Assembly (NCBI GenBank): GCA_963729605.1
Contig: CAVSNY010000003.1
Coordinates: forward strand, 192,001 to 256,000
Direction of reading: 5' to 3'
From: an uncultured Gammaproteobacteria bacterium
GTDB lineage: Bacteria > Pseudomonadota > Gammaproteobacteria > DRLM01
Length of the DNA stretch: 64,000 nt
Shown here: positions 1 to 11,547 of the stretch, piece by piece
Numbering within the stretch: position 1 is the first letter of the stretch
How the letters are laid out: every line of letters begins with the position of its first letter
Program-made: the position numbers and the translations under genes
The notes under the pieces: generated by a model
Told to the model about the DNA's origin: nothing
What the model saw: the letters and a program-made list of their open reading frames with translations, nothing else
Database searches by the model: none

Positions 1-2
1 GC

Positions 3-1055
3 CAATCCGACATGCAGCATTTCTACGTCAACGGCCGGGTGGTGCGCGACAAGCTGGTGGCCCACGCCATCCGTCAAGCGTATCAGGACGTGTTGTTTCA
101 CGGCCGCCATCCCGCCTTCGTGTTGTACCTCGACGTTCCGCCGCAGGATGTGGACGTCAACGTGCATCCCACCAAACACGAGGTGCGTTTCCGCGAAGGC
201 CGTACCGTGCATGATTTTCTGTTTCGCGGCATACACGATGCGCTGGCGCAGGTGCGGCCCGCAAGCGTACCCGCACCATTCCAATCGACACCGCCGGAGC
301 ACGCGATGTCCGCGCCGGCCGCGCGGCCGTGGAACTCGGCGACATACGGGCGGCCCGCCAGCCAGTCGCATCTGTCCTTGGCGGTGAAGGAACAGATCGA
401 CGCCTACGGCGTCTTGCATCCGCCGGTTCACGGCATGCCGAACGAGTTGCCGCGCACTGCGGAGCAGGGCATCCCGCCCTTGGGTTACGCCATCGCGCAA
501 TTGCACGGCGTGTACATCCTCGCGGAAAACAGCGACGGCTTAGTGGTGGTGGACATGCACGCCGCCCACGAGCGCATCACCTATGAACGCATGAAGCAGG
601 CCCACGAGCAGGGCCGCGTCATCTCGCAACCCTTATTGGTGCCGGTGACTTTGCATGTGAGTGAACACGAGGCGCGGCTCGCCGAGGAACATCACGATGT
701 ATTCGCGCAACTGGGTTTCGAGATAAATCGTTTAGGCCCGGATACCTTGGCGATCCGCCAATTGCCCGCGCTGTTGTGCGATGCCGACGTCACGCCGCTG
801 GTGCGCGACGTATTGGCGGATCTGGCGACCCACGGCGGCAGCGCGCGGATCAGCGAGCATCTCAATGAATTGATGGCCACCATGGCCTGTCACGGCGCGG
901 TGCGCGCCCACCGCAAACTCAGCCTGCCGGAAATGAACGCCCTGCTGCGCGACATGGAGCACACCGAACGCAGCGGCCAGTGCAACCACGGCCGACCGAC
1001 CTGGGTGTCATTGCGGATGGACGAGCTGGATAAATTGTTTCTGCGCGGGCGGTGA
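3..1055 (+). CDS. mutL: DNA mismatch repair endonuclease MutL (5'-truncated by window edge)
   Basis: [14 protein letters not shown] motif; C-terminal endonuclease motifs [11 protein letters not shown] and CNHGRP; frame open from position 3. Confidence 0.97.
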   Translation, partial: QSDMQHFYVNGRVVRDKLVAHAIRQAYQDVLFHGRHPAFVLYLDVPPQDVDVNVHPTKHEVRFREGRTVHDFLFRGIHDALAQVRPASVPAPFQSTPPEHAMSAPAARPWNSATYGRPASQSHLSLAVKEQIDAYGVLHPPVHGMPNELPRTAEQGIPPLGYAIAQLHGVYILAENSDGLVVVDMHAAHERITYERMKQAHEQGRVISQPLLVPVTLHVSEHEARLAEEHHDVFAQLGFEINRLGPDTLAIRQLPALLCDADVTPLVRDVLADLATHGGSARISEHLNELMATMACHGAVRAHRKLSLPEMNALLRDMEHTERSGQCNHGRPTWVSLRMDELDKLFLRGR

Positions 1056-1189
1056 GCGCGCGGCAAAGGGCGCAGGCGGATAACATCCTTAACGTGGAAC
1101 GCATTGCAAGTAAGCGTAGTCTGGATTGAGCGTTTTATGCGAAACCCGGGGTAGTAGATATGGCAAATGGGAAGGTTAATTAACAAAAA

Positions 1190-1363
1190 ATGGTGTGGCC
1201 CTGTTCCTCGTTTCATCGCTTTGTGGGTAAGGGTATATATCCAATGGATTGGGTGGGAAGTTCAGTTGAGGCTCGATATGCGGGAACAGGGACGGGGATT
1301 GTCCATCAGACGGCAGCAGTGTATGCGCCTCAATATCGAGATCTCGATAGGAGACAGCCATGA
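1190..1363 (+). CDS. 57-aa ORF, possible gene remnant, translationally coupled to the next gene
   Basis: ATG 1190 to TGA 1361-1363 (MVWPCSSFHRFVGKGIYPMDWVGSS...DRRQP); stop overlaps next start (ATGA); below the ORF-track length cutoff. Confidence 0.3.
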   Translation: MVWPCSSFHRFVGKGIYPMDWVGSSVEARYAGTGTGIVHQTAAVYAPQYRDLDRRQP

Positions 1364-1827
1364 GGCGGCCTCTTAGCTCGCGCTATCTGCGCTACGCTGT
1401 CCTTTCTGTATTTTCGGTCTGGATCATATATGTTTTGGCGTGCATGCATGTCTTGTCGAAGCTTAATGAGATCAGCTTGATAACTAATTACATCTCGCTC
1501 CCGTACTCGTCCACAAGTCCTGTCTATCCGTTTCCTGTTGCTGGCTGGATAACGGATTTGCACTGGAATTTATTTGGTCATCAACGCGTTCTCAGGGCCA
1601 ACCAAAATACCAATGATTACGTAAAGTATCTGCCTGAGCGAGTCGCGCTAGCCGAGCAGATCTCAGAGTCTCTTGACCTCGATCGATCCCAGTTCCTGCT
1701 TACAGAACTCGTATGTGCAAAACGCGACAACGACCACGCTATGCAAGAGATCAAAGCATTCCAGAAGAAATGGTCCAGCCAACCGCTTGGCACTGCGATT
1801 CAAAGATGCGAGCAAAGCCGGCTTTAG
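1360..1827 (+). CDS. hypothetical protein with N-terminal transmembrane helix
   Basis: 155-aa ORF, AGGAG about 6 nt before ATG, hydrophobic YAVLSVFSVWIIYVLACM segment, lower GC than host genes. Confidence 0.6.
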   Translation: MRRPLSSRYLRYAVLSVFSVWIIYVLACMHVLSKLNEISLITNYISLPYSSTSPVYPFPVAGWITDLHWNLFGHQRVLRANQNTNDYVKYLPERVALAEQISESLDLDRSQFLLTELVCAKRDNDHAMQEIKAFQKKWSSQPLGTAIQRCEQSRL

Positions 1828-1841
1828 CCGAAAGGAGCCAA

Positions 1842-1873
1842 GTAGGGCGGGCACGGTGTTTGGTGCCTACGCG
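1842..1873 (+). repeat. GTAG-type REP-like palindrome (second type)
   Basis: GTAG followed by imperfect hairpin GGCGGGCAC...GTGCCTACGC. Confidence 0.55.
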
Positions 1874-1887
1874 GAAAGCCCAGCCCG

Positions 1888-1923
1888 GTAGGTTGGGCTG
1901 AACGTTTTTTGTGAAGCCCAACA
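1888..1923 (+). repeat. GTAG REP upstream of rayT
   Basis: GTAGGTTGGGCTGAA-cgttttttg-TGAAGCCCAACA; inverted copy at 2476-2507. Confidence 0.9.
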
Positions 1924-1942
1924 ATAAGGAGGAAACGAAACG

Positions 1943-2473
1943 ATGCGTTACCGGCGGTCTGATGCGGCGGGAGGAACGTATTTCTTCACGGTGAATCTGG
2001 CCGAGCGGGGTTCGGATAGGCTGGTGCGGCACGTGGATGATTTGCGTGTGGTCACGAATAAGGTGAAGCAAGCCCATCCGTTTGCCGTTGCGGCGATGGT
2101 CGTGTTACCCGAACACCTACATGCGATCTGGCGCCTGCCGCCGGGCGACGCCGATTATCCGGAACGCTGGTCGCTGATCAAGGCGGGATTTTCCCGGTGC
2201 TTGGTGAAAGACGAACGCATCCGCGCCAGCCGCCAGGCCAAACGGGAACGCGGCATTTGGCAGCGGTGGTACTGGGAACACCAAATTGGAGATGAGGCGG
2301 ATTTGGCGCGACACCTGGATTACATTCATTACAACCCGGTGAAGTATGGCTGGGTCAAGTGTCCTGTGGATTGGCCACACTCAACACCGCACGGTTACAT
2401 TGATCGGGGAGTGTTACCAGCGGATTGGGGTGAGCAAATGGGTGATGAGATGGGTGGTTATGGCGAGCGTTGA
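1943..2473 (+). CDS. rayT: REP-associated tyrosine transposase (RAYT/TnpA-REP, HUH Y1 family)
   Basis: GGTYFFTVN, VVLPEHLH (HUH), WQR.YWEH, DYIHYNPVK (catalytic Tyr); AGGAGG RBS; flanked by inverted REPs. Confidence 0.93.
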   Translation: MRYRRSDAAGGTYFFTVNLAERGSDRLVRHVDDLRVVTNKVKQAHPFAVAAMVVLPEHLHAIWRLPPGDADYPERWSLIKAGFSRCLVKDERIRASRQAKRERGIWQRWYWEHQIGDEADLARHLDYIHYNPVKYGWVKCPVDWPHSTPHGYIDRGVLPADWGEQMGDEMGGYGER

Positions 2474-2475
2474 AA

Positions 2476-2507
2476 TGTTGGGCTTCATTTCATTCAGCCC
2501 AACCTAC
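2476..2507 (-). repeat. GTAG REP downstream of rayT (inverted)
   Basis: Reverse complement reads GTAGGTTGGGCTGAA-tgaaa-TGAAGCCCAACA, with arms identical to 1888-1923. Confidence 0.9.
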
Positions 2508-2595
2508 GGTGCTGACAGCGCCAACACCTCCACGCAAACAGATATACACGGTTTGTTGGATTACACCAAAACCCTTAAATACAGGAGAAGTACTC

Positions 2596-3660
2596 ATGTT
2601 CACTATTGATGTGCCATATGTGCCGGTACAGGAAACTCCTGTTGTGTTAGCACAAGCCATCGGCATCGGTGGCACCACACAACAACCAGATTATCTGTTG
2701 AAAGCTTGTGATGAAGTGCCAAGCATGGGTGATCTGACTACGGCAATGAATGCTGTCAATCCTCTTGGTATGCTTAGAATTGCATTGCAAAATAGAGATG
2801 ATCGCTTTATTGATCCTGCGTCAATAGTAAACGTTACAATTGATATCATAGAAGACACTGCTCACGGAAAACTTATTCCTAAATCAACAGGTACTGGAAA
2901 AGCATACTTTATGTACCAGCCTGATGCAGAGTACATCGGCAAAGACAGGGTAATCTTCATGGTTGAGTTTGAGAGCAACCACTACAAGATCGTGGTTGAT
3001 CTTATAGTGTCATTGGGTGTCGACGAAAACTCGCCGCAGTGCCCAGATATCCAACTCATCAAGGTTAAGAAACCTATCTCGGGTTCGCTGGGTAATGACC
3101 TGAACTTCATCTCTCTCAATTTCGCAACGTTGGAGGGCGGTGCGCTTGGCCAAACCGACCTCAATGGCATCACCCTCGACAACAACGCTGCTGGTCACAA
3201 CTGGTACGTCGATCTAACCCCCGGGCTGAACGAAGAGCTCCAGCCGCCCGCGCGCAAATCTATTCAGACCAGTAATCTGCTGCTGGCGAGTAATGCTGAT
3301 AATGAAGGTGTCATTGCATCGGGGGCAGACATAGACACTCCAAGATTTGCCGTAGCGCCAACTAATACCATCACACCAGCGATTGTGCACGCGATAAACA
3401 AGGCACTCGCCAATGAGTGTGTTTCATCTGAGAACCAAACGTATGTTAAAGGTCGTGAAGCACATCTAGGGATTATTGGCCCTGGTAATGTGGTTATGGC
3501 GACGCTTAAATTTGCATACGGAATCACAGAGAAGGGTGAGGTTAAAACTATTGTTGCTCAGGTGCCTAAAAATGGTCATCTGAGTTCGCTCGGTTTGGAA
3601 GTTTCCCCAGAATTTTCTCTTTGGCCCAGTCGACGATTTCCTAAAGCAACTGGATATTAA
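2596..3660 (+). CDS. mosaic extracellular-type protein with bacterial Ig/cadherin-like module(s)
   Basis: AGGAG RBS then ATG 2596; HGKL...YQPDAEYIGKDRVIF module; ITLDNNAAGHNWYVDLTP motif typical of giant surface proteins; lower GC. Confidence 0.55.
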   Translation: MFTIDVPYVPVQETPVVLAQAIGIGGTTQQPDYLLKACDEVPSMGDLTTAMNAVNPLGMLRIALQNRDDRFIDPASIVNVTIDIIEDTAHGKLIPKSTGTGKAYFMYQPDAEYIGKDRVIFMVEFESNHYKIVVDLIVSLGVDENSPQCPDIQLIKVKKPISGSLGNDLNFISLNFATLEGGALGQTDLNGITLDNNAAGHNWYVDLTPGLNEELQPPARKSIQTSNLLLASNADNEGVIASGADIDTPRFAVAPTNTITPAIVHAINKALANECVSSENQTYVKGREAHLGIIGPGNVVMATLKFAYGITEKGEVKTIVAQVPKNGHLSSLGLEVSPEFSLWPSRRFPKATGY

Positions 3661-3964
3661 ATCAGTAACTAAAGTAATTTTGTTAGATGCGCCACAGCAT
3701 GGGGTTCTGCAATTTGATACTACCGTACCAGACGCGTCTCGATATGGTATGTATCACTATTCCCCTAACGCTGATTATTATGGCGGCAATGACAAATTTT
3801 ACAAAGGCAGCGACAAGTTTAGTTTTGAAGTCGAAGCAAAGGGACAGCGCTTTAAGGTCATCTACACGGTGTATGTGGTGGACAATGTCGATCAGGTTGA
3901 AAGAAACCCCATCAACGAATCCTGTCCGGGGGGAGGAGCAACATCCTGGCATCTCTTTAAATAG
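3584..3964 (+). pseudogene. out-of-frame Ig-like module fragment
   Basis: Frame open from 3584 with no ATG/RBS at its 5' end; PQHGVL...YHYSPNADYYG...GSDKFSFEVE is paralogous to the module in 2596-3660. Confidence 0.5.
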
Positions 3965-4000
3965 TTGCCGGGTTCAACACAGAGCGTCGCGCGCCAAGCT

Positions 4001-4786
4001 TTATTCCAACGCCGTCACCCGTAATCTAAGCCGTTTGTCTTCCTGTCCGTGTGTCTTGGCGCTGCGCGTAATGAGGCCAGATTGCTCGTTGTTGTCCGCG
4101 CTGGTGCTGGCGCCGAGCAAGATCCATTCGCCCAATTTGCCGGAGACCGTGGTGGTGAGGGCTTGTGTGTCGAGCACCGGCGGCGAGGTGTGGGCTTGAG
4201 CGCTGCTCCGTCGCGGGCTGATCTCGACGGTGACATGTTCGCCGTGCAAACGCGGGCGGGCGTAAAAGCCGCTGCCGGTTTTTAGATACTCGGTGCGTTG
4301 TTCGAACGATAAATCGCCACGGTCCGTTTCGATACGGTAATTGTTATAGGGCAAGAGTTTTCCCACGTCGATGAAGGCCTCGCCGCCTTCGATGACCTGT
4401 ACTTGCTGCTGCAGATCGCCGTCGGCGCGGGAGCGGGTACTCAACACGCGGACGCGTGCGCCGGCGCCCGCGCTGTCCTCAGTCGCGTTCACCTCGGCAT
4501 TGATCTGCGTCTCATCGTGGTTCGCCGCGGCGGCGGAGACGTATTGCACGGTGAGCAACAAACGCCGCAAGGGCCGATCGAGTTGATCGAGCAACGCATG
4601 AATATCGCGAAGAGTGGCGGGTTGGGCGCGGATGATCAGCCGGGAGTCCAGCGCGCTGACCGATTCATCCCCATGTAACAGCGGTTTGATGACCGGGAGG
4701 AGTTCACCGGCGGAGCGATGTTTGAGTGTGATGATTTCCAGCGTCGCCTGGTCCGCGTAGGCAGGATTGAGTGCGCACAGCAACAC
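4001..4786 (-). CDS. exported protein with secretin N-terminal (NolW-like) domain; start uncertain
   Basis: Signal-like ...NPAYA; LEIITLKHRSAGELLPVIKPLL, LDQLDRPLRRLLLTV, TTVSGKLGEWILLG; GTG just after the upstream gene's stop. Confidence 0.7.
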   Translation of the reverse strand: MLLCALNPAYADQATLEIITLKHRSAGELLPVIKPLLHGDESVSALDSRLIIRAQPATLRDIHALLDQLDRPLRRLLLTVQYVSAAAANHDETQINAEVNATEDSAGAGARVRVLSTRSRADGDLQQQVQVIEGGEAFIDVGKLLPYNNYRIETDRGDLSFEQRTEYLKTGSGFYARPRLHGEHVTVEISPRRSSAQAHTSPPVLDTQALTTTVSGKLGEWILLGASTSADNNEQSGLITRSAKTHGQEDKRLRLRVTALE

Positions 4787-4793
4787 GACGAAT

Positions 4794-5309
4794 TTACAGA
4801 TAAAGGCGGCGCAGTTCCGGGTCCGCCGTGCCGCTTTGCCAAACTTCGTTGAAAAAAACCAGTAATCTGCGGGTCTCGATGGGGGCATGGAAATCAACGG
4901 TCCCTTCCGGGCGGTCGGCGAGTGTACGGTGGAGGTGGCCCACGCCATCCACCACCAACAAGGCTTCATTATACTCTCGGTATTGCTCCGGCGGTTTGCG
5001 CACTTCGATGAAGCTGGTGAGCCGTTGGCAGAGCGGGATCAAACGATGTCCGTATTTCACCGCCCGGCTGGAATCCTTGACCAGGATCCGGATCGCCGCC
5101 GCCTGCTTGGCGCGGATGGCCAAGCCGCGTACCGCATCGATGAAATCCGGATCGTCGTAAATCGGTTTATCGAGATCGCGCGTGTATATTTCCAGGTTGC
5201 GGCGCGCTTGGGCCACCAAGGCGATGGCGGCGGCGCGGTTATCGCCGCTGGTTTCCAACGTTAAGCTGCCGGGTGTCACGCCGAGTTGGTACTGGCTGAA
5301 ATCGAGCAT
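4794..5309 (-). CDS. conserved hypothetical protein (resembles the C-terminal domain of gammaproteobacterial GNAT fusion proteins)
   Basis: ARRNLEIYTRDLDKPIYD, IRILVKD, GHRLIPLCQRLTSFIEVR motifs; host-like codon usage. Confidence 0.7.
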   Translation of the reverse strand: MLDFSQYQLGVTPGSLTLETSGDNRAAAIALVAQARRNLEIYTRDLDKPIYDDPDFIDAVRGLAIRAKQAAAIRILVKDSSRAVKYGHRLIPLCQRLTSFIEVRKPPEQYREYNEALLVVDGVGHLHRTLADRPEGTVDFHAPIETRRLLVFFNEVWQSGTADPELRRLYL

Positions 5310-5370
5310 GAGCTAAAAATAACCCGGGGCCGCGCCGCAGGTCCAGAGTGGAATAAGGCCTATTGAATGA

Positions 5371-7542
<2,172 letters not shown>

Positions 7543-7650
7543 TGTGAAACGCGGAGGCGCCGCCGCCATCCGCGATAGCGGGTCATTCTAAAAACCGCGG
7601 ATGCCGGCCACGGAGATCACGGAATCAGAATGCCGAGGCCTTCGGCGAGT

Positions 7651-7678
7651 GCCCTTGTCGGGTGACTTCGACAAGGGC
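7651..7678. terminator. hairpin between convergent ligA and ppiC
   Basis: GCCCTTGTCG-8 nt-CGACAAGGGC perfect 10-bp stem. Confidence 0.5.
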
Positions 7679-7718
7679 GCGACATCGTTTTTCCCGTGAG
7701 CAACCGCTTTTTTCAGGC

Positions 7719-8549
7719 TTATTTCATTTCGATCTTGGCCTTGCCGCGCAGGGTTTCCAAGTATTGTGAAATGTGTTGGGACTGTACCACCTCGTCCAAG
7801 CGGTCTTTGATCTCGTCATAGGTGGGCGGGGTGATTTTGCGCACGTCGTCGAGGTTGATGATATGCCAGCCGAATTGGCTCTGAACGGGTTTCTTGGTGT
7901 ATTTGCCTTTTTCGAGGGCGGCGGCGGCCTGCGAGAAGGCCGGCACCATTTGCGCGGGATTGAACCAGCCTAAGTCGCCGCCGCGTTCCGCGGAGGCGCG
8001 GTCCTTGGATTTGCTCTTGGCCAGGGCGCTGAAGTCGCCGCCTTTATCCAATTGGGTGATGAGGTCCTTGGCTTCGGTTTCGCTGTCCACCAGGATGTGG
8101 CGGGCCTTGAATTCCTTCAGTTCCTGGGTCGCGACCTTTTCCTGATACACCTTGCGTTTCTCGGCTTCGGTGGCCGGTTTGGCGCGCAGCATCTCGTTGA
8201 CCGCGGCGTTGGAGAACAGGGTGCGTTTTTGGTTGTGCAGCTCGGTGACGACGATGGGATTTTTGTCGATGCCTTTGGCCAGGGCGTCTTGATACAGCAA
8301 CTCGCGGTCCACCAGGCTTTGCACCGCGTCTTCGCGGCTGAGGGGCTGCTGGGGATTGAAGGCGCGGGCGAAGGCGGCGAGGTCGCGGTTGGTGAGCTTG
8401 GTGCCGTTGACGGTGGCGATCACTTGGTCGGGATTGTTCTGACCGGCGGGGCTGGCGGGCTCGGCGGCGTGGACGGAGCTGGCGTTGGCGACCATCAGGG
8501 CGGCGGCGGCCAGCAGCGTCAACTGGGAGGCGAGGCGTAGGTTATTCAT
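7719..8549 (-). CDS. periplasmic parvulin (PpiC-type) peptidyl-prolyl isomerase
   Basis: Signal peptide; ARHILV, GGDLGWF, SQFGWHII. Confidence 0.93.
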   Translation of the reverse strand: MNNLRLASQLTLLAAAALMVANASSVHAAEPASPAGQNNPDQVIATVNGTKLTNRDLAAFARAFNPQQPLSREDAVQSLVDRELLYQDALAKGIDKNPIVVTELHNQKRTLFSNAAVNEMLRAKPATEAEKRKVYQEKVATQELKEFKARHILVDSETEAKDLITQLDKGGDFSALAKSKSKDRASAERGGDLGWFNPAQMVPAFSQAAAALEKGKYTKKPVQSQFGWHIINLDDVRKITPPTYDEIKDRLDEVVQSQHISQYLETLRGKAKIEMK

Positions 8550-8573
8550 GGAATCAATTCCTATTTGTGTAAT

Positions 8574-8867
8574 TTAATCGTTAGCGGCTGACCGTTCTTC
8601 GGGGCTGCGGGCCTGGATGCTCAAGGCGTGGATATCGACGTGCATCATGTCGCGCAGCGCATCGTATACCATGCGGTGGCGTTCCAACAACGCTTTGCCG
8701 GTGAAGCGGCCGGAGACGATGTGGACGGTGTAATGCCCACCGCCGCCGAGGGCGCCGGCGTGGCCGATGTGCTGGTCGCTGTCGTCGATGACCTCGATGG
8801 CGGTCGGCTGCAAGACGAGGGTCAGTTGTTCGCGGATGCGGGCGACGCGTTCGGGCGCCGGGGTCAC
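8574..8867 (-). CDS. bolA: BolA family protein
   Basis: [21 protein letters not shown]. Confidence 0.92.
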   Translation of the reverse strand: MTPAPERVARIREQLTLVLQPTAIEVIDDSDQHIGHAGALGGGGHYTVHIVSGRFTGKALLERHRMVYDALRDMMHVDIHALSIQARSPEERSAAND

Positions 8868-9163
8868 GGCAACACCTTTTTGAAGGGCCGCACGGTCACC
8901 TTGGCGTAGACGCCGCCGCTCAAATAGGGATCGGCGTCGGCCCAGGCCTCCGCGTCGCGCTGGCTGGGAAACTCGGCGACGATCAGGCTGCCGGTGAAGC
9001 CGGCGGGGCCGGGATCCGCCGAATCGATGGCGGGAAACGGGCCCGACAATATCAAACGGCCCTCGGCCTTCAAGGCTTCGAGGCGGGCGAGATGCGCCGG
9101 GCGGTTGGCGATACGCCGGGGCAGGCTGTCGGCGACGTCTTCCCCGATGATGGCGTAAAGCAT
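8864..9163 (-). CDS. yciI: YciI family protein
   Basis: [22 protein letters not shown]. Confidence 0.93.
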   Translation of the reverse strand: MLYAIIGEDVADSLPRRIANRPAHLARLEALKAEGRLILSGPFPAIDSADPGPAGFTGSLIVAEFPSQRDAEAWADADPYLSGGVYAKVTVRPFKKVLP

Positions 9164-9178
9164 GGTCGAAGTCCTTTT

Positions 9179-9727
9179 TTAAGGTTCAGGGGTTTCTTGG
9201 TCCGACTTGATATGGCGGCTCAGATAAAAGGCCTGCGCGATGATGAAAATCACCGTCAGGCCCAACATGCCGAACAATTTGAAGTTGACCCAGGTATCGG
9301 TGTCGTAGTTGAAGGCGACATATAAATTCGCCGCGCCCATCGCCGCGAAAAAACTCACCCAGCTCATGTTCAGGCGCAGCCAGACCGGTTCGGGCAGGCT
9401 GATGTTGGCGGCCATCATGCGTTTGAGCAGGGATTGTTTGCCCACATACTGGCTGCCGAGGAAGACCGCCGCGAACAGCCAGTTCACCAGAGTGGGCTTC
9501 CATTTGATGAAGGTTTCATCCTGTAACAGCAGGGTCAGGCCGCCAAAGACCACGATCACCCAGAGGGTGATCCAGTGCATGTTCTCCACTTTACCGTGGC
9601 GGAACCACGACCAGCCGACTTGGATGACGGAGGCCGCGATCGCCACCGCGGTGGCTACATAGATGTCGTAGAGCTTATAGGCGACGAAGAACAGGACAAT
9701 GGGCAGGAAATCGAATAAAAGTTTCAT
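9179..9727 (-). CDS. yciB: inner membrane septation protein A (YciB/IspZ)
   Basis: MKLLFDFLPIVLFF, FIKWKPT, WVNFKLFG. Confidence 0.95.
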   Translation of the reverse strand: MKLLFDFLPIVLFFVAYKLYDIYVATAVAIAASVIQVGWSWFRHGKVENMHWITLWVIVVFGGLTLLLQDETFIKWKPTLVNWLFAAVFLGSQYVGKQSLLKRMMAANISLPEPVWLRLNMSWVSFFAAMGAANLYVAFNYDTDTWVNFKLFGMLGLTVIFIIAQAFYLSRHIKSDQETPEP

Positions 9728-9828
9728 AATCTTAGGATAGTGCGCGCGCTGCTTGCGAAGAGCCGGTATCATACTCCACTTTTCGCGGCCCTGCCCAGTT
9801 GCCCGGATCGCGCAATCGAGAACGGTGA

Positions 9829-10680
9829 ATGCTGAAATATGATTTGCATAGTCATTCCACCGCGTCCGACGGCACCTTGTCGCCGTCGGCGCTGGTGGAA
9901 CACGCCCGCCTCCGCGGCGTGGACGTGCTGGCCTTGACCGACCACGATGTGACCAGCGGCGTGGCCGAGGCGCAAGCGGCGGCGGCCGGTACGGGTTTGC
10001 GGGTGGTGGCGGGTGTCGAGGTGTCGGCGACCTGGAATCATCAGTTGCTGCATATTGTCGGATTGGGGGTGGACCCTGCGGCGCCGGCCCTGATCGCCGG
10101 GCTGGAGGGCCAGCGTGTTTTCCGGGTGTGGCGCGGCGAGGAGATCGGCCGCCGTCTCGAAAAGCGCGGTATCGCCGGGGCCCATGCGGGCGCGGCCGCC
10201 TTGGCCGAGGGGCCGGCGATCAGCCGTACCCACTTCGCCCGTTACCTGGTGGCGCAGGGCCATGCCCGGGATATGGCCAAGGCCTTCGACCGTTACCTCA
10301 AGCGCGGTAAGCCCGGTTATGTGCCGGGGCAATGGGCCGCGCTGGAGGAGGCCGTGGGCTGGATACGTGCCGCTGGCGGACAGGCGGTGGTGGCCCATCC
10401 CGCCCGTTACAAATTGAGCGCGACCCGCTTGCGGCAATTATTGGGTGAATTTAAGGAGCTGGGAGGCGCGGCGGTGGAGGTGATCTCGGGCAGCCAGCCC
10501 CACGGCGCGACGCCGGCCTTGGCGCGTTATGCCCGGCAGTTTGATTTGCGGGCATCGGTGGGTTCGGATTATCACGGGCCGGGCCAGGGACCCAATGAAT
10601 TGGGCCGGATGCCGCCCTTGCCGGCGGACTGCGTGCCGGTGTGGGAAGATTGGCTCGAACCGATCCGCCCGGCGGTCTGA
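9829..10680 (+). CDS. PHP-domain phosphoesterase (YciV/TrpH-like)
   Basis: DLHSHSTASDG, LTDHD, AHP, GSDYH. Confidence 0.93.
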   Translation: MLKYDLHSHSTASDGTLSPSALVEHARLRGVDVLALTDHDVTSGVAEAQAAAAGTGLRVVAGVEVSATWNHQLLHIVGLGVDPAAPALIAGLEGQRVFRVWRGEEIGRRLEKRGIAGAHAGAAALAEGPAISRTHFARYLVAQGHARDMAKAFDRYLKRGKPGYVPGQWAALEEAVGWIRAAGGQAVVAHPARYKLSATRLRQLLGEFKELGGAAVEVISGSQPHGATPALARYARQFDLRASVGSDYHGPGQGPNELGRMPPLPADCVPVWEDWLEPIRPAV

Positions 10681-10725
10681 AGGTATTTTGATTCGCGGGC
10701 CGTGCCCGCTCACAATGGATGTCTT

Positions 10726-11358
10726 ATGTCGCGTTTCGTCGTCATTCACCCCGAGAATCCCCAGCCCCGTTTGATCGGGCAGGTGGTGGAATGCCTGGCC
10801 GAGGGCGGGGTGGTGGTGTATCCCACCGATTCCAGTTATGCCTTGGGTTGCCGCATCGGCGATAAGGAGGCGATGGAACGGATCCGCCGCATCCGCCAAC
10901 TCGACGAAAAACACAATTTCTCCCTGGTGTGCCGCGATTTGTCCGAGATCGCCACCTATGCCATGGTGGATAATTCGGCCTATCGCTTGCTGCGCGCGCT
11001 CACGCCGGGGCCTTACACTTTCATTTTGCAGGCCACCAGGCAAGTGCCGCGCCGTCTACAACACCCCAAGCGCAAGACCGTGGGTATCCGGGTGCCGGAC
11101 AATCTCATCGCCCAGGCGATACTCGCCGCGGTGGGTGAGCCCTTGATGAGCTCGACTTTGGTATTGCCGGGCGAGGATATGGCCCTCACCGATCCCTACG
11201 ACATGCAAGCCTTGCTGGGCGAACGGGTCGAGATGATAGTGGACGGCGGTTATTGCGGTTTCGAACTCACCACGGTGGTGGACATGACCGAGGGCGTACC
11301 CCAGGTGTTGCGGGTGGGCAAGGGCGATCCCAATATTTTTTTCGCGCAGGCGGGATAG
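10726..11358 (+). CDS. yciO: YciO/Sua5/YrdC family protein
   Basis: IHPENPQPRLI, YPTDSSYALGC, TPGPYTFIL, GIRVP. Confidence 0.92.
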   Translation: MSRFVVIHPENPQPRLIGQVVECLAEGGVVVYPTDSSYALGCRIGDKEAMERIRRIRQLDEKHNFSLVCRDLSEIATYAMVDNSAYRLLRALTPGPYTFILQATRQVPRRLQHPKRKTVGIRVPDNLIAQAILAAVGEPLMSSTLVLPGEDMALTDPYDMQALLGERVEMIVDGGYCGFELTTVVDMTEGVPQVLRVGKGDPNIFFAQAG

Positions 11359-11547
11359 CGGCACCGGCGGCGTATCTGCGGGGTCGGGCCGGTCAAGCCA
11401 CGGGCCGGAATGCCCATAGAGATCACGATAACGATTTATCTAAAGGACACGTCATGAATTTTCACAGCGGCCGGGCGCGGCCGCCACACCGGGCAATCAA
11501 TACCCCGCCCCGGTCGCCGTGCACCCTAAAACAGGTATACTCCGCCG

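Noticed and set aside
1888-2507. Integron attC sites around a cassette
   Set aside because: The palindromes are inverted relative to each other, begin with GTAG and flank a RAYT; there is no integrase or direct attC array
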